Assembly: GCF_018350175.1 (NCBI RefSeq)
Contig: NC_058368.1
Coordinates: 119,538,001 to 119,602,000 of the forward strand
Direction: 5' to 3'
DNA: 64,000 nucleotides
Source of the DNA: Felis catus
Lineage: Eukaryota
Positions 39,601 through 52,566 of the stretch are shown piece after piece; within the stretch, counting starts at the first letter, position 1; every line of letters begins with the position of its first letter. Made by a program: the position numbers and the translations under genes. A model generated the notes under the pieces. It was not told where the DNA came from, ran no database searches, and worked only from the letters and a program-made list of their open reading frames with translations.

Positions 39601-41022
39601 CTAACTGTCCATTTTCAAGGTTTTTCCCTTTGTTTTCTAGTCAACTGCCAAGCATAAGCCATAACGCCAAATTATCCTCACCACCTATCTGGGACACATT
39701 CCTAAAATTACTTAGGATTACTCTTGCTTCTGACCTTTATATTCCACTGATAATTTAGTCAAGTTGAATTTAGTTTATTTTCTTAATTTCGGTCATTAAA
39801 AAAATTATAGAGGGCTAGGTCTCCTGGATGAGTTACATAGTTCCCTAGGCACATGAATCCTGAGGAGTATGCAAGCTGTCTCTGAACCAAGGAATAGGGC
39901 TGTGTGTGTCTCTTTGCTTCTCCCTTTCCTCCTTCTCCATTTTCTCCTCTTACTTCTCTCAGGATAAAGATGGAGAGTAAAATTTTTACCTGCTTCCCCT
40001 CCTGTAGCCATATCTCTTCTGCTCCTGGACCTCATTGTTTATGGGCCACTATACATTACTTCTTAAAAAATTTTTCAACCTCCTAGCACAGAGGAAAGCA
40101 GAATACTGAAAGTCATCCTCATAACCTATACATGTGAAAGTCAAATGCTTCTTCTGTGGGAAACTTGCCATGTATATTCTTTTGCCTGCTTTATTCTGTT
40201 GCAATGACACAGAATGATATGTGTTTGGAAGTTCCACTGAAACTGACCATCTATAATTTACAATAGCATCCCTCTCCTGTAGCTGCACCTGCACATCAGG
40301 AACAATAGAAAGATTATTTTGGCAGCTAACCCCTTCCCTGGAGAATTAGAGTTAGCAGAAGAAGCTAACCCTCTCTTCAGTGTGTTCACCTAGATAAAAA
40401 AGGAAATATGGCACAAAACCCCGGCTCAGTGCCACTCAGTCTTTGTCATGGTCTGATTCGAGCTTATATTTGTACTTAAGGGTTGTTGATTTAACTTACA
40501 TTCTTCCTTTTCAAACATGCATAAAGGGGGTCAACAGGCAATGTGAGTTTTTTCCCCTTTCCCCTCCAAAGTTTCCTGTTTGTGGGCTCTCCACAGATGT
40601 TTTCTGTTTGTAGCAGCAATGCACCAATAACTTAGTTCTAACAAAAAAGCAAACAGCTTGCCTAATGGCAATGCAGCTCTGATGGAAACTCCCCCAGCTA
40701 GTCAAGGAGGGAATGTGGTTATTGTAAACATTTATTCATCAGGCAGTAGGCCTCTATAAACCCCTACCCTGTAAACCCCCATGCTGGCCTCTGACCAATC
40801 TGCCAGGACTTCAAAAAGAACATGCTGGGGGAAGCAAGGAGGCTCTTGAGGGTGCAGGTCCTTTCCCTTGGCTGGACAAGCCATCTGCCATTGTGGTGTG
40901 GAGAAGCTTGAGCTCATGTTTATGGGGTTTGGAGTGAGATCCTGGATGAAAAACTGGGCTGCAGTTCTCTTCAAGGGTGTTTAGAGAGGGAGGACGTATC
41001 CATGAGGGAGGCAGCCTGAGTG

Positions 41023-41206
41023 TAGGGTTGCCAGATTTAGCAAACAGAAATACAGAACACCCAGTTAAATTTGAATTTCAAATAAAAGTTTTTAATGTAA
41101 GTATGTCCCATGCAACATTTGAGACACACTTATACTGAGAAGTTTCTCGTTTATCAGAAATTCAAGTTTAACTGGGTATCCTCCTGTATTTTATCTGGCC
41201 CACTCT
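41023..41206. mobile_element. MER53 palindromic hAT MITE
   Basis: tagggttgccagatttagcaaa...cccagttaaatttgaatttc...tttaactggg...cctgtattttatctgg. Confidence 0.9.
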
Positions 41207-42049
41207 CTTGGGGGTCTTCTTGACAGTCATGGACCTCTTCTGCCTTATTTCCTTCAGGGATCATTACTTCTCCTTGCAGCCTGACCTGTTGGGATATGCT
41301 TTTGGAAACTCTGAAAATGAAATATCCCTTCCCTCACTCCTTTCTCCCGAGGGTATCCAGGTGCAGAGATCCAGTGAAGTCTTTCATTTCACTTTCTGGC
41401 ATTGAATCCTCAGCATGCAGCCAGATTCTCCCAGTGGGCAAGTTGCTCTGTGGGAAGGGGAGAGGCAATTCTGAAGTCGTGTTAACTCCTTCAAGCTCCC
41501 AGGATTCCATTTAGTAGGAGATATTCTTGACAGGAACGATCTATGCAGCAAACAGCTTTGTCCAAGGGCTTCATTTCAGCAATTTGGATATCTCTGCGAA
41601 TAGATTTTCAGCTTAACTAATCACTGATCTGCTGTGAATGATTGTTTCATGTACAAATCAGAAGAGTACCAGGGGCCAAACCCACGAATAGGGTTGTCTT
41701 TTTGCCAGAAACGATACTTGTATGGCTGATGGTGGTCTGAGAATTCAGCCTAGGTATGGGGCTGAAGACATCTTGTTCTCTAGGCTCAGATCTCTCTTTC
41801 GTAGGATGGTTTTAAGTTATGTTGCAGAGACCCCTAGGTGGATGCTGAAGCAGCCTGCCTACTGAGCCCCTTCAGCCCCATGCCAACCAAAGTGGCTGCA
41901 TTCTTAACTCTTTTATACTTAGGGTTTTCTCTAAGACTGCTTGAAAGGAAGGTTATGTGGCTAAAAGCAGGGTTAAAGATGAGTGATCTAGGTGTACTCT
42001 GGTTTCCCTAGCAATACCTCTGCTTCAAAAGAGTGCACACATTTCATCA

Positions 42050-42801
42050 ACACTTTTCCAAAACTCTTCACACGGCCTTCAAGGTCTTCCAAGCACTGGC
42101 ACCATGCCCCTCCATTCTCTTTACCAAATTCCACGTGCCTGCATTCCATTTACACCAGATGCTTTGTTCTCTAAATACCCCATCCTCCTTCACTTCTCTA
42201 CTCCTGTATCTTGAAAAACTTCTCATCTCTCCAAGCCTAATTTAAATTGGTCTTCATGGAAAAATCCCCATCTTCTCCCTCCTTCTCTCAGAGTTGGAAA
42301 TAAGCTCTCCTTCCCTTACCCTTTCAGAGACTTTTGTTTGTATCATGCTGTGAACATACTTTTTTATTCATTGTTGATACAACTCCACCCTTGACTTTTT
42401 CTCTTGGAGAGGAGGAAACTGGTCTCTGTGCCCCCACAAAGCCAGCACAACAGGACCTTATGTGCAGTAGTGCTTGATGAACCTTCTCCTTGCCTTGGCT
42501 GCTTCTTCTCTCTCATCTGTCTTCACCAAACTTCTCGTATTCAGAACCTAGATTGAAAATGGCTTCCTCCAGGACACCTTCCCCGACTCTCTGTTCTCAC
42601 CAAACACCTTGTAAGTACCTTTATTATAGTATCACATTCCATTTATAATAAATGATTTAGACACATGTTTTCCTCCCCAAAAGTGAGATCCTTGAGGGCA
42701 GAAACTGTTCTAATCACCTTCATAACAAAGCCCAAGATCTCATATTGAATTGGTACTTATATAATGCTTATTTTTTGTAATCTTTTTAATGTTTCTTTAT
42801 T

Positions 42802-42857
<56 letters not shown>

Positions 42858-43070
42858 TGGGGGAGGGGCAGAGAGAGAGGGAGACACAGAACATGAAGCA
42901 GGCTCCAGACTCCTAGCTGTCAGCACAGAGCTCAACGCAGGGCTCAAACGCATGAACCATGAGATCATGACCTGAGCCAAAGTCAGACACTTAACCGACT
43001 AAGCCACCCAGGCACCCTTATATTTATATAATGCTTATTGAATGAATGAATGAATGAATGAACAAATGAA
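42050..43070 (+). mobile_element. L2 3' fragments, SINE-interrupted, ending in (TGAA)n
   Basis: gtgagatccttgagggcagaaactg; tail ttgaatgaatgaatgaatgaatgaa. Confidence 0.7.
42773..43017 (-). mobile_element. CAN-SINE with an expanded (GA)n tract
   Basis: TSD tatataatgcttatt; (GA)n at about 42805-42852. Confidence 0.96.
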
Positions 43071-43129
43071 AGAAGACCAAGTGAACAAAATTCAACCAAC
43101 CCTATTTCTCACACATTAACCGATTTAGG

Positions 43130-43350
43130 GAAGCATGGTCTTTGGACTCTGATTATCCAAGTTAGATTCCCAGCTTTTCCACTTATTAGATATGTAACAT
43201 TGGTGAATTAACCATTTTGTGCCTCACTTTTCTCTTCTGTAAAATGAGGATAATTACTTCACTCTCCTCATACAATGGTTATGAGGATCAAATCAGATAA
43301 TCAAAGTAAAGTATTCCTAATTCCTAGTAAGTACTAATAAATATTGACGA
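43130..43350 (+). mobile_element. MIR SINE
   Basis: gtgcctcacttttctcttctgtaaaatgaggataat...tgaggatcaaatcagataat. Confidence 0.85.
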
Positions 43351-44524
43351 TGAGGATGATTACTAGAGTTAACCTCATTAAAACAGGAAAGGCTACTGTC
43401 CTTTACCAAAAAAAATTAATAATCAGTATGATTATTTTAGCAACATAAATCCATGTCCAGGATTTCTGTAGTATATACAATTAGCATAGCATGGCTTATT
43501 AAATATTAAAATATGACTCCAGCTCTATCCTGGAACAAAACCAAATGCCCTTATACAAAAGGTGTATCAATCCCCAAACTATGGGCAAATTGAAAATATA
43601 TTTCATCCCCTGATTCCGTCAGATCTCTGTCCCTGTGGACATGTACTGATTGCCCACAGGGATGAATCTGTAGGTGGCCCTGAGCAGCCCCAGCCCCGCA
43701 AGTAGATACTTCATTTCTATTTAGACGGGCTCTTTGAGTCAGTACCTCCGTGAATTACAAAGGGACAGAACTGTGAAGGGTCTGACTGTCTCAGTAATGA
43801 CACATGGAGTAAGTGACTGCTAGAGCTGTTGAACCTTTGCACTCCTCATTCTTACTGCAGAGCCATTTTTTCCCTCTTTTTATGGTAGTCCTTTTCTGTC
43901 AAAGTGCCTTAGCTTTATTGATTCTTATAATTACCCCAAGTTCCAGTAGCTTTTGATCCTTCAGGCATATGGTTCTAGTCCTCATTAGCTTGGTGTTCAG
44001 CCAGTCTCTATCTCTATGAGGAATGGAAATGGGACTATGGAAAGGACTACATCAGCTTTGGTTGCCAACTATTTCCACACCAAGTCACGTTCATGGACTG
44101 GTGTCGACAGAAGCCAGAGAAGACAGGAGAGGCCATAATCTATCTGGGAAGTCTTCACAATTCCAAAGACATGGCCAATCCATGGCCCATAAACAACCCA
44201 CAGTCAGTAGCTGCCTATTCAAATTATAGCAGGGATGAATCAGAATATCTCCTTCCAGGTTCCAGCATGGAGAATGGTAGACTTGAGGAGCACAGGGTGG
44301 CCTCTTGTCTGGGAAGGAAATATGTGGAATTTATATTCCATATGGGTTTCATCAGAGAAAAAAATATTTGGCACACACAAGGAAAAAAGAATAGAGCTCT
44401 TCTCCTTTATAATCACTGCTTATTCCACACAAATAGAGGAAGGGAATTTGGGAAAGAGGGAAGAAATTGATGTTTTACTTTGGCACTTCACTTCCACATG
44501 CTGTAGCACTAAGAAAGAACCACA

Positions 44525-44752
44525 GGGCGCCTGAGTGGCTAAGTTGGTTGAATGTCTGACTCTTGATTTCAGCTCAGGTCATGATCTCACAGTTTGTGGG
44601 TTCAAGCCCTGCATTGGGCTCTGTGCTGAGAGCATAGAGCTTGCTTGGGAGTCTCTGTCTCCCTCCCTCTCTCTCTGTCCCTCCCCCACTCATGCTCTAG
44701 CTCTCTCTCTGTCTCCCAAAATAAATAAATAAATACACATTTAAAAAAAAAA
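44525..44752 (+). mobile_element. CAN-SINE
   Basis: TSD aagaaccacag/aagagccacag. Confidence 0.95.
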
Positions 44753-45352
44753 AAGAGCCACAGGCTGAGGGTCAGACGCTCTGACTCTGGTTCACCCTCT
44801 ACAACTAACCTTCTGTGTGAGAAGTCACTTCAGCCCTCCCATCCATAAAATGAAGGCTCAAAATAGCTCCTGGGAATATCTACAAAATGAAGACTCTTGC
44901 AATCGGGTGCCTATAGCTTTATCTGTGACAAGCTCCTCCAGTGATTGGGATGTAGATGACCCTCAGACCACTCTTTGTCCTTCCTATGACCCTGAAGTTC
45001 TCTTCAGTTATAAAGGTCCACAATTTAGTGTTCAGGTGTCAGCAGAGCAGTGAAACACTATTTCAAGGTTTGGGGACTTACAGGGCCACAAGGACATCAG
45101 TGTTCATTGATCATGAAGGTGGTTATCTCCTTTGGGGTTTGTGTTCTAAAGCCGTCCCCCTTCAAATCCTATTTTCTAGGTAGGGTTATGCTTGCCAGTG
45201 AAAGGTGGGCAATGATGGGCAGAAAAAGATTGAGATATGAGCATCTGTTAGTGGAAAAAATGTACTTGTCATGTCAGCAAATATAAAACCAAGGTGGGAG
45301 TCAGAGAGAGGTCTGGATTTGGGGTTGAGCCAAATTAAAAGATGCATGCAGT

Positions 45353-45511
45353 GGGGCACCTGGGTGGCTCAGTCAGTTGAGTGTCCAACTCTTACTTTTG
45401 GCTCAAGTCATGATCCTAGGGTCATGGGATTGAGCCCTGTGTCAGACTCTGCACTGAGTGTGGAGCCTGCTTGAGAGTCTCTCTCTTTTCCTCTGCTCTC
45501 CCCCACTTATA

Positions 45512-45568
<57 letters not shown>

Positions 45569-45579
45569 AAAAAAAAAAA
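45353..45579 (+). mobile_element. CAN-SINE with a long (CT)n tract
   Basis: TSD aaaagatgcatgcagt/aaaagacacatacagt. Confidence 0.95.
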
Positions 45580-45881
45580 GACACATACAGTAAACAGCTG
45601 TAGATCTACTTCCTCTAAGTTCTTAATAAGGGCTACTTCAAAAGACTCCACTTGTAGATCAGCAAAATAGGTGAAAGTCCACATGACCTGGGGACTGGCT
45701 ATCCATTTTTAAAATCATTGTTATGAATGAAATATAAAAACAGGTTTTACACCAAATATCCATTGGATTATAGGCTCCACAGGGAGAAAAGGGACTCAGT
45801 TAGTCTTCTTCATCTCATATTCTCAAAGCCCAGCATAACACCTGACACATAATAGATGCTCATTAAAAATATATGGAATCA

Positions 45882-46055
45882 GGGCACATGGGTGGCTTAG
45901 TTGGTTTAGGGTCCGACTTGATTTCTTCTTAATTAATAATCCCCAGGTACTGGGATCCACTGAGTGTGGGGCCTTCTTGGGATTCTCTCTCTCTCTATTT
46001 CTCTCTCTCTCACTCTCTCTGTCCTTCTACCTCTCCCCCTTCCTCAAAAAAAAAA
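45882..46055 (+). mobile_element. Degraded CAN-SINE
   Basis: gggcacatgggtggcttag head, CT tract; TSD aaaaat(a/c)tatggaat. Confidence 0.85.
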
Positions 46056-46644
46056 TCTATGGAATGGGAAAATGATATTATTCTTTAAATTACTGGCTAT
46101 AAAAAGAATAAAAAATAAAATGTAAATTTCTATTTTTAATTGTCCCTTAGGTGGCAATATCAGAAAGTATACTTTATCCTTTAATGCCAAATTAGTGGAC
46201 TCCCAGTTCTTGCAATGCCTGAAGGTCAATCTGTTCATTAGTTTATGTATTCAACAAATTGAATCCAGCTTGCAAGGGGGCTACTGAGATGGAAGAGACA
46301 CTGCACACAAGAAGCTGACAATCTGGTATGTAATTGCAACCTGTACACAACCTGAGAAATTTCAGAAAGCATGTGGCAAAGCTAACATTTTGATTTACTT
46401 AGAAACATGCAACAGAACCTCTGAGATCTGAACTCATAATCTCCAAAGGAACAAAGAGCAAAATTTCTTTCAAGCACTTATATATCCAACAGAGAAATCC
46501 TGAACCTCAAAAATAAACCAGAAGCTCACATTATGGGAAATAACTTAATTTCTTTCCCCATCACCATTCCTCCCACCCTCCTTCTCCACCACATGCCACA
46601 CCTCTCAGGACCCACTCTCCTCAAACCAAGCATACCTCTAACTA

Positions 46645-46982
46645 CAGGTAACCCTTAAAAAACATGGGTTTGAACTATGCAGGTCCATTATCCGTGGATT
46701 TTTTTTTCAATAAATATGGTACAAAACTGTAAATGTATTTTCTCTTCCTCATGATTTTTTAAAGTAACATTTTCTTTTCTCTAGTTTACTTTTGTAAGAA
46801 TACAGTATATAATACATAGAACATCTGAAATATGTATTAATCGGCTGTTTACGTTATCAGCAAGGCTTTTCGAATGTATAGGCTATCGGTAGTTAAGTTT
46901 TAGGGGAATAAAAAGTTGTATGTAGATTTTTGACAATCTGAGGATTGGTGCCCTAATGCCTGTGGTGCTCAAGGGCCAAGTG
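46645..46982. mobile_element. Tigger2a-like (TcMar) MITE
   Basis: TA|caggtaaccctt...catgggtttgaact ... tcaagggccaagtg|TA, with TIRs and TA target duplication. Confidence 0.88.
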
Positions 46983-47672
46983 TACTGCTTATTACAGTCA
47001 GAGGCAGCAGATTCCAACTCAAGTCTCTGTGAAATAAGTAGTAAACTTTCCAAATGATTAAACACTGAGAAACACTGATAACATTTCTTATGAGAAATGT
47101 TCAAAGTCTGACTTGGAGGCTACAGGCCAGATCTAGAATCCATCCTGCTTCCCCTGTCTCTTCCAGGATATAAGTTTCCAGGACACCTAAAAGAAGGTGG
47201 AAATTTCTACCCCCTGCTAGTTGGACGGTGGTTGGCCTGAAGACTGCTGCCTCCAGGAAAAAAAAAGCGAGGACCCAGAGAGACTCTGACAAGAATCTCA
47301 GAGAAGCAAAACACTGAACAAACATGGCTGGTTGGAGAGGGCACTATGTCGGCTGTGCCATTTCTTTGAGTGTCCTAAACAAGTGGTTTTGACCTTGCCT
47401 ACTGTTCAGTACAATCTATGTCTCTCTCTTTCCTCTTTAATTGCCATTAAAAAAGTTGAAATGCACAATGAAGGTTGAATTTTCTAAGTTGATTCTAAGG
47501 CCACCAGATTAAACTCCAGATGGTTATTTTCTTCAATATATCTGTGTGTATTGTGCTGTTGTTTCACAATTTTTTTTTCTTTTTTCTTTTTAAGGAATGA
47601 AGTAATACAAAGCTGTTGAGAGAAACTTTGGAGCCTAATTCTGTAGTAACCCAGGTGGTTCAAAGATTTTGG

Positions 47673-48410
47673 CTGGTAGTTCTGAACAGAGGTGCTATAG
47701 TTCTTCAAAGCTTGTTTTGGAAATCTGTGCAAGTGCTTAGGTTACACATTGATAGGGGCACCTATCATTTGGGGAGGCTGGGGATACTAGACATCCGGCC
47801 AACTTCAACAATTCAGCAATAGAAAGAATTCTCCCAAGATCTGCATGATTTCTCATCCTCCCAAAGGATAATCCTGTAGCTGAGAAATGTGTTTATAATT
47901 ATCTTAACACAGAATCTTTGTTTTCACATAAATTTAAAGGTTTTTATTTTGCACTGCTTCGATATAAAGCAATTTTCTACCAGTGCAACTACCATGGAAA
48001 TCTAAAGAATTTTTTTTATTACACTTTTTTACTTTCTCCAGAACTTTAACTAGAGCTGTTCACCATTTCAGAAAAATAACAGCGTTCAGCAAATGCTTAC
48101 AGTATTTGAGTCACCAATTCAACTTCTCTGTCATAGTCATGGTGATTCAATAATGTACAGAGGTAAGCATCCAGTTACGTCCCTATGCCTTCAAGGGAAC
48201 ATAGGCTTGAACACTATGTATATTAAAATACTTGGCATTTCATAATAAATAACATTTATTTTTTATATTGTACTTACGACATTTTAATTTCCTGCTATTG
48301 TTAATATTATGTAGATTAATAAGTTATACTATCTACAAAATTTATTTCAGGATACAAAAGGGACAGAACCACAAAGTACTTACTACAAAAAGAGGTAGTT
48401 AGGTGGGTTT
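47673..48410. mobile_element. hAT-Charlie element, MER20B-like
   Basis: gtagttctgaacagaggtg...ttttggaaatctgtg...gggatactagacatcc...tgtttataattatct. Confidence 0.55.
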
Positions 48411-48424
48411 TCTATTCCTACTCC

Positions 48425-48572
48425 TTATTTTTAATCTGTCTAAAGTGAACTACCTATGTAGCCACCATCCAGGTGAAGCAATAGGGTATTGCCAGCACTG
48501 CAGAAGCCCCCATTAGGCCCTCTTAAAGATGATCTATCTCCCTCTTCCATTTAAAAGTAACCACCATTTAGA
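48425..48572 (-). mobile_element. Old L1ME-like 3' end, left part (host of the full-length L1)
   Basis: aaagtgaac...tgtagccaccatccagg...ttgccagcactgcagaagcccc...gtaaccaccat. Confidence 0.75.
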
Positions 48573-48578
48573 GGGACC

Positions 48579-48587
48579 CAAGATGGC
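48579..48587 (+). promoter_or_regulatory. YY1 motif of the L1 internal promoter
   Basis: CAAGATGGC a few bases inside the L1 5' end, as is typical for L1. Confidence 0.7.
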
Positions 48588-49664
48588 AGAACAGCATGGA
48601 AGTTTTTGCGTGTCTCACATCCATGAAATACAGCCAGACCAACACTAACCCATCATGCACACCTAGAAAACTGATCAGAGGCTTAACACAACCATCTGCA
48701 CAACCTGAACCATAGAATTCAGCAGGTATGCAGCGTAGAGAGGTGAAATGGGGAAGAGAGATGCTATGGAGGGGAGGTGCTTTTGCAGGTGGAGAGAGGA
48801 TGGAGATGGTGGGGAGCATAAGGGAAAAGCACCCCTCCCCAGAAGCAGCTGGAGAGAAAGTGGAAAATTGGAAACAGCCACAGGGACTAAACTAAAAAGT
48901 GAGAAAGGAGAAAGGAAAGGGTTTAAATTCCATTAAGACTGTAAACAGGGGGAGCACAGAGTCTGCAACTCACCAGCTCAATACCTGGCGGTGCTCTGAT
49001 GGGAAGGGCGAATCCCCAGGAGCAGAGTGGGGTCAAGGAGGTTCTCGGGCCACACAGGAAAAAGCGGTTCCACTGCTGGAAGGACATTTGGTAGAGGCTG
49101 TTAGGCAACCTGGGCCCAGCAGACCCCAGAGATGGCCACATTTGCTGGTGCTGGAAGAAGGTCATTAAGGGTGAAGCCTGGTGCCAGATGGGTGTTGTGA
49201 TTTTCCATAATCCCTGAAACACTGCTGCTACACTGTCTCGCAAACTTTTTCTGGGGGGGGGGGGGGAGCTAGCACCTGGCCGCAGTCTCTGGACATCGGC
49301 AGCAGCACGGTCTCGTGAACTTTCCTGAGTGTGGCCGGCATTCGGCCATGGCTCAATGAGACCCTCCCACAGAGGGTCAGAACAGGTCAAAGCCGCAGTC
49401 CCTCAGAAGTAAGGGGTTGGGGAAATCAGCCACATCTAAGAAAAAACACAGGAGAGAGGTACTACCTGGGGCTTGGTCACGGACAGTGTAAAAGCAGGGA
49501 GTGGATGAAAGCTAAAGACAAAGGACAGGTGCACGATTGCAAGTGGGGGAGAATAGAGTTCTGATACTAGAGACTGGGTAGCTGGGTGATGCCATTTTCA
49601 CGGCTCCCACGCATGCGCATATGCACCTACAAGCGCCACAACAATCCACCCCAGTAGGCTAGCA

Positions 49665-49678
49665 GTGCCATCTAGTGG
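49665..49678 (-). promoter_or_regulatory. CTCF core motif in the L1 5'UTR
   Basis: Minus strand CCACTAGATGGCAC matches CCASYAGRKGGCRS exactly; binding untested. Confidence 0.55.
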
Positions 49679-50503
49679 AGAGGGGAACTGTTACACTAAG
49701 CGCTGCCCAACTGGGCCAACCTCACTCTTGAAGAACACAAGTCTCACTGCCTGCTTAGTTTATGGATGATAAAGTGCTTCATAGTCTGACTTCTAGGGAA
49801 AAATGAAGTAATTTCAGTAGTGTTTCAGTCTGTTAAGAGGTCCATCTATTCCGTTTCTTCCTTTTTTTTTTCTTTTTTCTTTTTTTCTCTTTTTCATTTC
49901 TTTTTCTTGAATACAGAAAGAGAAAAAATTCATTTTTATTTTCAATTTTCATTAATATTTATCTTTAAATTTTTTCCTATATTTTTTACTTTTGTGTAAA
50001 TTTGTTTAAATTCTGTTTTACTTCCATCATTTTATTTTAGTCTGCTTCAGTGTATTCATTTTTTCAAATTTTCAAATGATTTCCATTTTTCCCTTTTTCT
50101 CTTTGTTTCTTTTTTTTGAATACAGAAAAAGAAAAAAATTCATTTTTATTCTTAATTTTTATTAAAAATATTTTTCTTCATTTTTTTTTCTATTACAGCT
50201 TTTACTTTTGTGTAATTTTTTCAAATACTAGTGTACATCCATTATTTCATTTTAGTCTACTTCAGTGTATTCATTTTTTCAAATTTTCAAATGATTTCCT
50301 TTTTTTTTCTTCTTTCCCCTTTTTTCTCTAATCTTTCAAGACACTATCAACACCCAGACCAAAACACACCTAGGATCTAGCATCATTTATTCAATTTTTG
50401 AGTGTGTGTGTTTTTAATCTTTTTAATTTTAATATTTTTTTAAATTTTAACTTTTATTAATTTTCATTTATTCTACCTCACTAATTCCTTTTCTCTCTTC
50501 AAA

Positions 50504-51381
50504 ATGATGAAATAAAGGAATTCATCCCAAAAGAAAGAGTAGGAAGAAATGACACCCAGGGACTTGACAAACACATATACAAGTAAGATGTCCGAACCAA
50601 AATTTAGAATCATGATAATAAAACTACTAGCTGGAGTCAAAAATAGATTAGAATTCCTTTCTATGGAGATAAAAGAAGTAAAAACTAGTCAGGATGAAAT
50701 AAAACATGCTATAACTAAGCTGCAATCACAAATGTATGCTGCAACAACAAGGATGGATGAGGCAGAACAGAGAATCAGCAATATAGAGGACAAACTTAGG
50801 GAGAAATGAAGCAGAAAAAAAGAGGGAGATTAAGGCAAAAGAGCACGATTTAAGAATTAGAGAATTCAGTGACTCATTAAACAGGAACATCAGAATCATA
50901 GGGGTCCCAGAAGAAAAAGAGAGAGAAATAGAGGTAGAAGGGTTATGTGAGGAAATTATAGTGGAAAACTTTCATAACCTGGTGAAAGACACCAACATCA
51001 AAATCCAGGAAGCACAGAGGACTCCCATTAGATTCAACAAAAACCAACCATCAACAAGGCATATCATAGTCAAATTCACAAAATACTCAGGCAAGGAGAG
51101 AATCATGAAAGCAGCAAGGGAAAAAAAAGTCCCTAACCTACAAGGGAAGACAGATCAGGTTTGCAGAAGACCTATCCACAGAAACCTGGCATGCCAGAAA
51201 GGAGTGACGGGATATATTCAATGTGCTGAATCAGAAAAATATGCAGCCAAGAATTCTTTATCCAGCAAGGCTGTCATTCAAAATAGAAGGAGATATAAAA
51301 AGTTTCCCAGACAAACAAAAATTAAAGGAGTTTCTGACCACTAAACCAGCCCTGCAAGAAATTTTAAGGGGGACACTCTGA
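50504..51381 (+). pseudogene. L1 ORF1p remnant
   Basis: Coiled-coil EAEQRISNIEDK and RRM IQEAQRTP...RHIIVKF...ERIMKAAREK; early TAA/TAG stops and frameshifts. Confidence 0.93.
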
Positions 51382-51566
51382 GGGGAGAAAAGATGAAAAT
51401 AAAAATAAATAAATAAATAAATAAATACATACATACATACATACATACATACATACAACATACATACATAAATACATAAACAAATACATAAACAAATACC
51501 AAAAGCAATAAAGATTAGAAAGGACCTGAGAACACCTCCAGAAACTCCAACTCTACAAGCAACATA

Positions 51567-52527
51567 ATGGCAATAAATTCATATCTTTCTGTATTCACTC
51601 TAAGTGTCAATGGACTCATTGTTCCAATCAAAAGACACAGGGTCAGAGAATAAGAAAACAAGATCCACTTGTTCACAAGAGACCCACTTTTAGACCTAAA
51701 GAAAACTTTAGATTTAAAGTAAGGGGATGGAGACCATCTATCATGCTAATGGTCAACAAAAGAAAGCCGGGGTAGCCATACATATATCAGAAAATCTAGA
51801 CTTTAAAATAAAGACTGTATCAAGAGATGCAGAAGGGCATTATATCATAATCAAGAGGTCTATCCACCAAGAAGACCTAACAGTTGTAAACAATTATTCC
51901 CCAAATGTTAAGCACCCAAATATTTAAATCAATTAATCACAAACGTAAAGAAAGTCATTGATAATAATACCATAATAGTAGGAGACTTCAGCACTCCACT
52001 CACAGCAACGGACAGATCATCTAATCAAAAAATCAACAAGGAAACAATGGCTTTGAATGACACACTGGACCAGATGGACTTAACAGATATATTCAGAACA
52101 TTTCATCCTAAAGCAGAAGAATATACATTCTTCTCTAGTGCACATGGAACGTTCTCCAGAATAGACCATACTGGGACACAAATCAGCCCTAAGTAAGTAC
52201 AAAAAGATCGAGATCATACCGTGCATATTTTCAGACCACAATGCTATGAAACTCCAAATCAACTATAAGAAAAAATTTGGGAAGGTAACAAATACTTGGA
52301 GACTGAAGAACATCCTACTGAAGAATGAATGGGCTAACCAAACAGTTAAAGAGTAAATTAAAAAGTATATGGAAGCCAATGGAAATGATAACACCAGAAC
52401 CCCAAAAACTCTGGGGCACAGCAAAGGCGGTCATAAGAGGAAAGTATATAGCAATCTAGGCCTTTCTAAAGAAGGAAGAAAGATCTCAGATACAACCTAA
52501 CCTTACACCTTAAAGAGCTGGAAAAAG

Positions 52528-52566
<39 letters not shown>

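Noticed and set aside
40049..40294. 81-aa minus-strand ORF preceded by an acceptor-like tract
   Set aside because: No recognisable protein similarity and no supported donor; it cannot be distinguished from chance.
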